A DNA stretch of 46,633 nt, from assembly GCA_947628205.1 (NCBI GenBank), contig CANQYX010000004.1:1-46633 (forward strand), given 5' to 3'. The translations under genes and the position numbers were made by a program. The notes below the pieces were generated by a model that saw only the letters and a list, made by a program, of their open reading frames with translations, did no database searches and was not told the origin of the DNA. Position 1 is the first letter of the stretch. Every line of letters starts with the position of its first letter. Of this stretch, positions 10,901-17,327 are shown piece by piece. The DNA is from an uncultured Clostridia bacterium. GTDB taxonomy: Bacteria > Bacillota > Clostridia > Christensenellales > UBA1242.

Positions 10901-13320
10901 ACACAAACGAAACCGAACCAAGAGAAATTTCTTTTGGCGAGGATGGCAACGCAAATTATAGTTCATATAACGGGCATTATTATAGCTTTACTCAAGCAAA
11001 TATAAATTTCGACAATTTGGTTTATAACAGCTATTCAATAAATTACACCCTACTTGTTAAAGGCACATATAAAGAGTTAGACCTTAAAACTCTTGGCTAT
11101 ATTTTAGAAACGGTTGAAGATGGCAGAACTTATATCACCATTAAACCATATTATGAGGATAACAACAAAACGGGCGCGGTGTTGTCGGCAGAAATTAACC
11201 TGTCCAACAGCGAGGATGACGAAGATGGCTTCACTTACAGGGTGGTGTTGGACACAACCACGGGCAGCGTGGCATTGCGAGATAACGCGTTAGAGGGTGC
11301 AAACAAAGAGTATAATGTGGATATTAAGTTTGAAGGGGACAATCTGTTTGACACCACATATCCGGCAATATATTCCGGTTTGTTCTATCTATCTTGGTCG
11401 CCATCGTTGGCATCGCAAAGCAATTGGTATAAATTTAATTATGCAATTTACGAGCAAATGTTGGACGGAAGTTACCAGCGCACCGACCTAAACGATGTTA
11501 GCTATTACACAATTTCCACACAAGAAACCTCAACCGGCATTTATCGATTTGTTATTGAAGTTTTAAACACCAATGACTTGGTTTTGGGCTATAAGGTTTA
11601 CACTTTTGCAGTGCAGTCGTCTGGCACCGAAATCTATTCGGTTAAAACAGAGGACAACCGAGTGCTTACGCCAAATTCGCAATTTACCTTTGACGAGGTT
11701 GGAACGTTGTATAATGGTCAACTTGATGGAGTTGACGGAACAAGGTTGGATATTTCGTCAATTAAAATAAACATTCCGCTTTATGTTTACAATCATGAAG
11801 TGGTGGTGGATGTGCCAACAAAGGGCATAAAAGTTGAACTTAAAGAGTGGCACGTGTTTGAAATTACCCAAGCGGACATAACATATAAGTTTACAATTTA
11901 CCGAGTTCATTCGTTGCAAGACACATTTAGCTTGTATTTTGGCACACTGATTGTTTCGTATGCCGATCCTAGTCAGGCCAATTTAATTTCTAACGTGCAG
12001 TTAATTCAGGATGGCGAAACGCACCATGAAATTAGTTCGCCATTTGTCTCTTTAACCAACAACAAATTTTATGGCACGGGCAGTTTTGTTTTGTCGGCCG
12101 AACAGAACCTTGAAGCGGGCGATCAGGACGCGTTAAAAATTATTAGAAAAAACAACATTATAATTTCGATTTGGTGCAATGGCGAATTTGTTAAAAACTA
12201 TTCGGCAACAAACGTTGGGCAAACGTTTAATTTCGACATTTTAGGCAGCGGACAATACACCTTTGTGTTTAAAGATTTGGCAGGCAATCAGCACAACTTT
12301 AACCACAATGGCGAACTAGATGGCAGCAGCAGAAATGTGCCAGAATTGGAATTGGTGGTGTTGCGTGAAATTTCGCTTATTGTTAATGGAATGCAGGCAA
12401 TAAACAACGCTTATTATAATGGGCGAGTGCGCGTTGAAATTTACAGGCCAAGTTTGTTCTATGGCGACACAAGGTTCTTAAACTATTCATTCAGTTTAAA
12501 TGGCGAAAATTATACGCCTGTTGTTAACCAATATTCGTTTACTTTCAGCGGATATGGCACTTACAAAATTCAATATGGAATAAGGATAAACGAGCAACTA
12601 AGTTTAAACAAAGTGTTAACCTTCACAATCGTTAACGAAAACGAAGCAATGCACTCGTTTGATTTAACTCCACTATACAATTACAACATAACAAAACTTG
12701 TTAACAACAGGGGCGAGGAAACAAACAATAAGGGCGAAAGTTTAATTGAAAAATTGAACACGCTTTTAAATGCGCGTCAGGACAAAAACAAATATCTTTT
12801 AACCTACGAATTTTTGCAAGAGCATGCCGAAGAATTGGGTGTAACAAGTGGCAAGCAAATGTTGACTGTAACTTATGTGGTGGATGAAGGTGTTTATTCA
12901 AAGCGAGAGGTGGAATTTGCCTTTACGCTTAACAATCAGTTGCCAAAAATTGATTGCAATGTTGCGCCGGGTGGCACAACCAAGGATAGCTTTACCATAA
13001 CTTATGTGCCTTCAACAATTTATGAATATGTTGGGGATAGCGAACTTTATGTTAACGACATTTTAGTTTGTGGCATAAACGAAAGCTCGTTGAGTGTAAA
13101 CACACCGCAAACTTACAAGGTTTCGTTTAAAAAAGATGGTGCGGGCGATTATTATGTTGTGTTGCGTGGCTCATCTGGAACGGTTCATTCTAGCTTTAAA
13201 ATAACAATTAAAGAGCCACTAAATGTTTGGTCTATAATCGTTATTGTGGTTGTTGTGGCAATATTGCTGGCAATTGTTGGAACAATTATCTTCTTAAGAA
13301 AGAAGATGAAAATTCGCTAA
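4939..13320 (+). CDS. Giant (2793 aa) secreted protein with a C-terminal membrane anchor; function unknown, probably multi-domain beta-sandwich/Ig-like
   Basis: N-terminal signal sequence MKGKFKVLFNVVLCFTAILLAGICVFAGV. C-terminal hydrophobic helix VWSIIVIVVVVAILLAIVGTIIFL followed by RKKMKIR. Recurrent D-x-AGN module-end motifs (TDEAGNS at 7588, KDLAGNS at 10183, KDLAGNQ at 12274). N/Y/T/S-rich. No LPXTG, SLH or enzymatic motif seen. RBS aaaggggaag. Confidence 0.8.
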   Translation: MKGKFKVLFNVVLCFTAILLAGICVFAGVGKKGCVAQAFGEATEDYSLWDKNTNAIFSVEKVAIEAGENLTETKDFCSPLYTNTNLSDDNVLKKMYSYNFANSGQTPTNVGELERASAVYYDDIRDGTSRKTVVHDNDFVMLNNRPDSQGKYYYSENLTSSYKNGEGNAKMVYMQEAIMVSFGNYFSYTYLDEEGNTAEGFDKAGQVEYTDVNDDRVEKFNSGANIEWMRVSATRVRTGSQTVETLTVPGSRTYQNGRGLQKQDFVWIIPQTEGCEGYYEINVNFSYNGLTNGFTFGFYIVLGSSYNQTLTDNMHNDYSAYPSLKNASAVNGVNHFYLGEMDLTNNNYPTLSYDVTKYALDYVRVANGVSTSFSFNNVEDNGNMRLQSTKTTPSQTYNYDYPIGKVGTKGNIAVVVFTEIGDYSIHFRYKYNNEIAPNMNLQIADIQLSIHGFELKYAKAGFNEAEMRHLTFANNENASTAEMGVGVVVPDGYRSEQESSILETELGVIYDFDRNSTSEVGSLVKLESACVAANSNNLTVDEYVDEEQETGFNIDFAKTNQGSLWFVSTDSFVQRAGEEQGSFYYYGQNLKELKSAEIQPYSNIVSFNQTGYYLVFIKVNAQGVNKNYYSVYAFNYTADTVTVHTEKVDGEKTVSIASDAYTNKSVKIWWEEPGVFEREISVKFLKSKNFAVGDSQTFPSWQELALSIDTQGTTLQNGQIVGGQDGLGAVENGTSAIFLIKLQMVGKSASFRTFTIDKQPITGVQAYAVETKINRLGNVIYSPIKNQDGANVALLNGITDSYATLNWNSKENASGAKISVSYTRTPISPTNAYDVKEMSGWLTTKYTLGKTVGEIDLEKPDLNGELNSSSVLFESGIYLFTLTDEAGNSCRYLFVIDKTENYFKVTEQNGNSAFVTRDSLLYTDQVTVKAGQYKAIELPKTGNEKNDELFEFISAIEKQDGSLASLNYYSQSGTNSGVLASLFKLNGSTHYLTVENRTLSVYNNQRELQHTLNGPTFSYDVLAKGSSNVEQLYLIGANQITTNNPLNSNSYLIVEINTDHALGMAYYGANVTALRNFANLTNSGSNGATRLYYDNNGTLTGLNAAHATGADYLAFSFKLGTNTKYEIKTVGLKYYQLELYKDVQNESFLTNFFYANQPNKEITLYDKDSEIPDSLVLSNDENARAVAILNVVGNKTVEGLYVITREYVTNIEAEGEKDTTLLDYYFLVDRNGVIVLSNEIDDKSINGGYISLGLKNNEIPYSSFTTIGVPSGSIRFVENGATREIDYNVYLTTNRLPLVLNVPFGKYFYSNEFTVKPNSVANMQNGTNYYGSEYFAGRLSFDLYFNDIQGQLSDITTVPVHLLYSVEASGQKGYISYNIKQQLTNTEIKNCFVAGDGEFIALPGDYILVIKDNVEGVNNVKDQAHQKVIGIRVTSNLPSTSLYASKNKDTNSVNDQREFADSSNHYKLTTNKEFVVIDMQNLEEEIFNGTNIAAELDLDYLQITQTRDGANVEYVNYDHGHKSGLINIDDKSDYAERTQQGNKTVNRKIWLNTYLRDENGKVITNFDELKKELKYTIKVRYNVVQDDTNYSDYYYHREEGQTVPSFEREYVVEIDRVPPQANTINLVAQDSLAAFYAQGDMFENYVGGFDGSEETEDGIYFVRTYKDYYSSSTKDSANLYALHVNAETLFSMDDIGRIYTRPLSDNLANLRLTIPANVKSGEYSEFPSADSYGDFGFTVGNYYEIVEKDLAGNSTQYIVFFDSVARQEKLNMTLKAKIASEGMVQENAQISFNFGETENKSYTIFDISSCSTNAPKDKFYILMLYRGGDNINTIKTDFKTSFDDDFSKNIVKFLTEFGPGNYNLVLLSENNRVTHTINYLEAISELLLDGLKKTENGLDYLDLAGANYEQSSGITIYAQTIRVQQNEVDITYNCRVEDGQFNYYDELGNHPINNRLTEIEGKTLLGRYRITVTDMFGKKYPAIYLTFNTNETEPREISFGEDGNANYSSYNGHYYSFTQANINFDNLVYNSYSINYTLLVKGTYKELDLKTLGYILETVEDGRTYITIKPYYEDNNKTGAVLSAEINLSNSEDDEDGFTYRVVLDTTTGSVALRDNALEGANKEYNVDIKFEGDNLFDTTYPAIYSGLFYLSWSPSLASQSNWYKFNYAIYEQMLDGSYQRTDLNDVSYYTISTQETSTGIYRFVIEVLNTNDLVLGYKVYTFAVQSSGTEIYSVKTEDNRVLTPNSQFTFDEVGTLYNGQLDGVDGTRLDISSIKINIPLYVYNHEVVVDVPTKGIKVELKEWHVFEITQADITYKFTIYRVHSLQDTFSLYFGTLIVSYADPSQANLISNVQLIQDGETHHEISSPFVSLTNNKFYGTGSFVLSAEQNLEAGDQDALKIIRKNNIIISIWCNGEFVKNYSATNVGQTFNFDILGSGQYTFVFKDLAGNQHNFNHNGELDGSSRNVPELELVVLREISLIVNGMQAINNAYYNGRVRVEIYRPSLFYGDTRFLNYSFSLNGENYTPVVNQYSFTFSGYGTYKIQYGIRINEQLSLNKVLTFTIVNENEAMHSFDLTPLYNYNITKLVNNRGEETNNKGESLIEKLNTLLNARQDKNKYLLTYEFLQEHAEELGVTSGKQMLTVTYVVDEGVYSKREVEFAFTLNNQLPKIDCNVAPGGTTKDSFTITYVPSTIYEYVGDSELYVNDILVCGINESSLSVNTPQTYKVSFKKDGAGDYYVVLRGSSGTVHSSFKITIKEPLNVWSIIVIVVVVAILLAIVGTIIFLRKKMKIR

Positions 13321-13340
13321 TTTAAATTAAAAGGGATGTT

Positions 13341-14075
13341 ATGAAAAATTGTTTTACTCAAAAATTTGTTATAGACGAAACACAGTGCGATGCGTTTAAA
13401 GTTGTGCCAATAACCGAACTTTTTAGGCTGGCGGAAATTTGCGCATTCACCCATGCCGACATGATTGGGTTAGACCACGACAGCATGGAAAATAAAAGCG
13501 GCGCGTTTTGGGTTGTTAGCAAAATGAAGTTGTTTTTAAACAAAAAAATTACGGTTGGAGATAAAGTTAAAGTTAAAACATGGACTATGCAACCGGGGTT
13601 AATCCGCGCGGACAGAAACATAGTTATTAAAGTTGGCAATTCAAACGCATGCAAATTTTCAACCGAGTGGTGCGCGCTAGACATGGGCACGCATAAAGTT
13701 AGAAAACTTTCTTCAATTTGCTACCCAGAACTAGAAATGACAGAAGCCGCTGAAATTAAAGCGGACTACACAAACTTGCGTTTGCCCGTAACCGAAAAAG
13801 ATTTGGTTTACACAAAAACAATTCGCGCAACCGATTTGGATTTAAACTTTCACACAAACAATTTAAAATATAACTTTATTGCGCTTGATGCCTTTTCAAT
13901 TGACGAACTTAAAACGTTAAATTTTAAAGAGTGGGAAATTTATTTTGTAAACGAAAGCCACGAGGGCGACAAAATTGATGTTTATAAAACCAAACAAAAA
14001 AATTGCTATTATCTTGAAGGACGGGTGGCGGATAAACCTATTTTTAGAGTGGTGGCAAAATTTAAAAAGATTTAA
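13341..14075 (+). CDS. Acyl-ACP thioesterase family protein
   Basis: Hotdog-type layout. ...LFRLAEICAFTHADMIGLD......GAFWVVSKMKLFLNKKITVGDKVKVKTWT... and the second-half block ATDLDLNFHTNNLKYNFIALDAF match the conserved blocks of the Acyl-ACP_TE family. RBS aaaaggga. Only 20 nt after the giant gene. Confidence 0.6.
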   Translation: MKNCFTQKFVIDETQCDAFKVVPITELFRLAEICAFTHADMIGLDHDSMENKSGAFWVVSKMKLFLNKKITVGDKVKVKTWTMQPGLIRADRNIVIKVGNSNACKFSTEWCALDMGTHKVRKLSSICYPELEMTEAAEIKADYTNLRLPVTEKDLVYTKTIRATDLDLNFHTNNLKYNFIALDAFSIDELKTLNFKEWEIYFVNESHEGDKIDVYKTKQKNCYYLEGRVADKPIFRVVAKFKKI

Positions 14076-14103
14076 AAAAAGTTGGAGTTTTCCAACTTTT
14101 TTT
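14076..14103. terminator. Bidirectional terminator between convergent genes
   Basis: aagttgga-gttt-tccaactt 8-bp stem flanked by an A-run and a T-run. Confidence 0.75.
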
Positions 14104-15250
14104 ATTGCAGTGGCATATCTAAAACCAGCTGAATAAAACTATCTTCTTGCTTATCTTCAATTATATGTGGCTGATTATTTTTTGCTTGTTTTTCGTTGGC
14201 GAGTTGCTTCTTTTCTTGTATTGCTTTAAAGAACACTTCGCCTTCGTGCGATTGGAAGTATACGCCAACAATGCCTTTGCGCTTGGTGTTTAATATGTAA
14301 TAGGCAGCGCGCTTTCTTGCGCCGCCAACAATGTTGCCCGTTTTCTTTTTGCTTGGCTCGACAAACACATTGTAGGCAAGAATGCGGCCTTTGTTGTCTA
14401 TAATTGTTATTCCGTCAAAATTAATCATGCGCACAAATAAGTCAGCATAATTTTGCAATTTGGTTTCGTCATAACTTTTGCTTTGAGTGAACAGTTTGGA
14501 AAAACTTATTGGCTCTTTAAGCCAAATTCCGTCTTCAAAAAAGCCATTGTCCACATAATCTTTGTCTACAATAACGCATATTGCACCAGTTACGTCGTTC
14601 ATAACGCGCGAAAAAATGTTTAAATACATATTTTTCATATCTTGCAACTTTCGTGGCGTGGTGCGCAGTTTTGAAAAGGTGGCTTCAACCAGCTCGGTAA
14701 CTTCGGTTTGAACTTGGCTGTATTTAGTTTTGTCTAACGCCAAGTTTACAATAAGCCGATTGCCCGAAGTGGAATATAACTGCATGGTGTAAAAGTTAAG
14801 CGGGCGCACAACAACACAATTAATTTTTTGTTTGCGCTCGCGCAAACTGGTGTTCTCCTCCAAGGCACGCAAAAGGTTTTTATCCTTAATGCTGTTAAAC
14901 CCCATTAAAAGCCCGTAAGATATTTTGCTTGGTTTTATGTCTATAAATACAAGCCAATCGTTTTTAACCACGGCAAGCAACGATTTAAGGCGAGAGTTGA
15001 AACTGTTGGCGTCTTTATCTTCAAAAATTGTGATGGAATGGGAATTTGGAATGGTTTTTACAATAACTTCAATTGAATCGGTAAAAACCAACTTGGGGCG
15101 AATAAACAAATTCTCCTCAGTGTAGTGCAATAATTCATTAAAACGATTTAATAGGTGGGAAATAAACAAGCGCGGAATTGCAGGAAACTCTCTATCAAAA
15201 AAGCGAGTAACATTTTCCCTTGCCCTATCGTAGAACAACATTTCATCCAT
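14102..15250 (-). CDS. Cytoplasmic protein with a C-terminal diadenylate-cyclase (DAC/DisA_N)-like domain and an unknown N-terminal domain
   Basis: aa 220-340 read VTGAICVIVDKD ... FVRMINFDGITIIDNKGRILAYNVFVEPS...GNIVGGARKRAAYYIL...GIVGVYFQSHEGEVFF. This parallels the CdaA/DisA DAC blocks TGALIVIE ... LHDGAVII..g.I.aA...lPlS....lGTRHRAAlGiSE..D...ivVSEETG.iS. Spacing from the D of DG to the R of R-x-R is 33 aa (about 32 in CdaA as I recall it). Confidence 0.5.
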   Translation of the reverse strand: MDEMLFYDRARENVTRFFDREFPAIPRLFISHLLNRFNELLHYTEENLFIRPKLVFTDSIEVIVKTIPNSHSITIFEDKDANSFNSRLKSLLAVVKNDWLVFIDIKPSKISYGLLMGFNSIKDKNLLRALEENTSLRERKQKINCVVVRPLNFYTMQLYSTSGNRLIVNLALDKTKYSQVQTEVTELVEATFSKLRTTPRKLQDMKNMYLNIFSRVMNDVTGAICVIVDKDYVDNGFFEDGIWLKEPISFSKLFTQSKSYDETKLQNYADLFVRMINFDGITIIDNKGRILAYNVFVEPSKKKTGNIVGGARKRAAYYILNTKRKGIVGVYFQSHEGEVFFKAIQEKKQLANEKQAKNNQPHIIEDKQEDSFIQLVLDMPLQ

Positions 15251-15419
15251 TAAAATTATCTTAACAATTTTAAATTAAAATGTAAAATAAATTTTAAAAT
15301 TTTTTAAAAAATTTTTTAAAATTTGCATAAAAACACGCAAAAACCGCAAAAAATTAAAATTTTTCACGCCATTTTATGTTTTTAATAAATTTGTTTGTTT
15401 TGCAAATTTAAACAAAATT

Positions 15420-15596
15420 TTAATCATTTTTTTGCAAAGTTTTTATAAAAGCATAAAAATCTGGAAGATGTTTTGGTTCCATATCCAAAATTACTTTCAC
15501 AACCAAATATTTAGTTTTATTGAATTTTGAAATGTCAATGGAGTGTTTCAAACATAAATTGTTTACCCGTTCAATGTCCGCTTTCGTAAGTTCCAT
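15420..15596 (-). CDS. Small hypothetical protein (58 aa), below the ORF-track cutoff
   Basis: Hand translation: MELTKADIERVNNLCLKHSIDISKFNKTKYLVVKVILDMEPKHLPDFYAFIKTLQKND. Strong RBS aggaggcaaaa directly upstream of the ATG. TGcTAAAAT extended -10 about 20 nt upstream. Confidence 0.5.
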   Translation of the reverse strand: MELTKADIERVNNLCLKHSIDISKFNKTKYLVVKVILDMEPKHLPDFYAFIKTLQKND

Positions 15597-15634
15597 TTTT
15601 GCCTCCTAATGTTATTTTAGCAAGGGCACTACCT

Positions 15635-15661
15635 AAAAAAACAAAAGGGTAAATTTTACCC
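15635..15661 (-). terminator. Terminator downstream of the 84-aa gene
   Basis: Palindrome gggtaaa-t-tttaccc (15647-15661) followed on the minus strand by ttttgttttttt. Confidence 0.6.
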
Positions 15662-15690
15662 ATAATTTATGATGCCTTTTAAACGAATAT

Positions 15691-15725
15691 AGATTCTTCG
15701 ACGCGCTACGCTTGCTCAGAATGAC
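15691..15725. repeat. S-family hairpin unit (TC/GA variant)
   Basis: agattcttcgacgcgctacgcttgctcagaatgac. Same ends as 17013-17057, 29042-29067 and 46469-46494. Confidence 0.8.
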
Positions 15726-15783
15726 AAACATAATTATTTGGTTAAATTTTGTTTGATAACAATAGCATTTTGATAATGACCAA

Positions 15784-16038
15784 TTAAACACTTTCGCTTT
15801 TTAGTTGGCTTTTTAAATATATTATTTCATTTTTTAGGCGATTGCATTCGGCAGTTTTTTCTTTAAGTTGGGTTAGCAAACGCTCGTTGGTTAGGTTGGT
15901 TTTTATTATTTCGGCGCGCGCATCAAGTTCAACTTTGCGTTTCATAACCGACATTATCCCATTAAAAAGTGCCACAATGTCGCTGTCTGTTATTGTGGGT
16001 GGCATAACATGGATGTTGCATTTTTCTTTGTCTTTCAT
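15784..16038 (-). CDS. Small hypothetical coiled-coil protein (84 aa)
   Basis: ORF with a heptad-like C-terminal half (LLTQLKEKTAECNRLKNEIIYLKSQLK). No family recognised. Confidence 0.4.
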   Translation of the reverse strand: MKDKEKCNIHVMPPTITDSDIVALFNGIMSVMKRKVELDARAEIIKTNLTNERLLTQLKEKTAECNRLKNEIIYLKSQLKSESV

Positions 16039-16090
16039 ATTTTTATTTTTCTCTAAATTTATATTTTTATTTTAAAAATTATAAGAGTTT

Positions 16091-17014
16091 GTGTCTAGTT
16101 TTAAATTTTTTTTGCGTTCTAACATAAATATTATTATGATTTATCTTGTGCCAGAGGCAAATTGCGTTTGCTTAAATAAGAATTTAACTTTGTTAAAGGG
16201 GGCAAAATACAAATTGCCTAACCCTGAAAATTTTCCGTTAGTGTTTTTGGCAAAGGATAGTGTTCCGCTTACCTTAAATTTGTATGAAATTTGCTGTAAC
16301 TTTGTTAATGGCAAAAATTTGCCCTGTCAAAACGTTTGTAAATTTAATGCTGACTATTTTGTGTTTTTAAATTTTAAGCCAGTTTGCAATTCTGCTTTTC
16401 ACACAATAGATTTTAAAAATAACAAAATTGCAATAAGTTTAAGCCAAATGCTTACCGTTTCAATAAATGGGGAAGTGCTGGCTGAAATGCCAAATTTTAA
16501 TTTGACTTATAGCCATTTTGAAAAATTTAACAATTTTTGCGTTATTTATTTTTTAGGCAGGCGTAACTTTGTGGCAGTTGTTAAGGATGGCGAATTGTTT
16601 TATGCCAATTATTATGATAAATTTGAATGTTCTAGCAACGAATATTATTTTTTAACCTTTTTGAAAGATGGGCTGAATCATGGCAAAGTTTGCCATATTG
16701 GCGCGAACGAAAGCGAACAATATTTGGTGTATTTGGATGAATATAATTTAAATTTAAAGCCCGAGTTTTTGCCACACATATTTTTAGATTGTTTGCTTGC
16801 CGGCAACTATAAATATTGTAATGCGCTTTTGTGCCAAGATTTAAAACAAAATGAGCCAAGCGAAATTGCCAACTTTTTTTGCGAATTTGAAAGGTTTTAT
16901 CCGCTAGACAATTTAACTTTTGCGCTTATAAAAAAAGATGCCGTAGTTGGCATCTATCAATTTGAAATTGAAAATAATGAGATTGTAAATATTAGCGAAA
17001 CAGATTTCTTTTAG
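16091..17014 (+). CDS. Hypothetical Cys/Asn/Phe-rich protein; start uncertain (GTG 16091 or ATG 16136)
   Basis: Long ORF with no recognisable motif. Neither candidate start has a good RBS. The stop codon overlaps the first base of a repeat unit. Confidence 0.5.
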   Translation: MSSFKFFLRSNINIIMIYLVPEANCVCLNKNLTLLKGAKYKLPNPENFPLVFLAKDSVPLTLNLYEICCNFVNGKNLPCQNVCKFNADYFVFLNFKPVCNSAFHTIDFKNNKIAISLSQMLTVSINGEVLAEMPNFNLTYSHFEKFNNFCVIYFLGRRNFVAVVKDGELFYANYYDKFECSSNEYYFLTFLKDGLNHGKVCHIGANESEQYLVYLDEYNLNLKPEFLPHIFLDCLLAGNYKYCNALLCQDLKQNEPSEIANFFCEFERFYPLDNLTFALIKKDAVVGIYQFEIENNEIVNISETDFF

Positions 17015-17057
17015 ATTCTTCACAATTTTCCATAAATGGTAAATTGCTCAGAATGAC
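17013..17057. repeat. S-family hairpin unit (TC/GA variant) with an internal insertion
   Basis: agattcttc-[acaattttccataaatggtaaatt]-gctcagaatgac. Begins at the stop codon of the upstream gene. Confidence 0.75.
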
Positions 17058-17095
17058 CGCATTTCGCCGTTAAATGTGCGGACGAGTCAAATCTT

Positions 17096-17327
17096 GACCT
17101 TATCCCGAAGGCACGAGGTTGGGTGGGTGAACGTATTAGGCATCGGGGTCCCCACAAAAAGTTGTTTGAAGTGGGGGTATAGATTTTGCCCCGCCGTCTA
17201 GTGAACTCAACTAACCGAGTGCCAACGACTTAATCTTGTCCTTATTTGCCAAGGCACGAGGGTAATTGGGCGAGCGATTTAGGCGGATTAGGCCCCGCCG
17301 TTTAGCGAGCCTAATTGCCCGAGTGCC
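17096..17327 (-). repeat. Tandem pair of L-family long-hairpin elements (inverted relative to 2709-2967), one carrying a nested G-family hairpin (17144-17193)
   Basis: 17096-17222 is homologous to the reverse complement of 2816-2967. 17237-17327 is homologous to the reverse complement of 2709-2801. Arms gggtaattgggc (17260-17271) / gcctaattgccc (17309-17320). The last 17 nt overlap the ATPase 3' end. Confidence 0.85.

Noticed and set aside
5146-12901. Short ORFs on both strands within the giant gene
   Set aside because: All are nested in or antisense to the uninterrupted 8.4-kb ORF, and none has an RBS.
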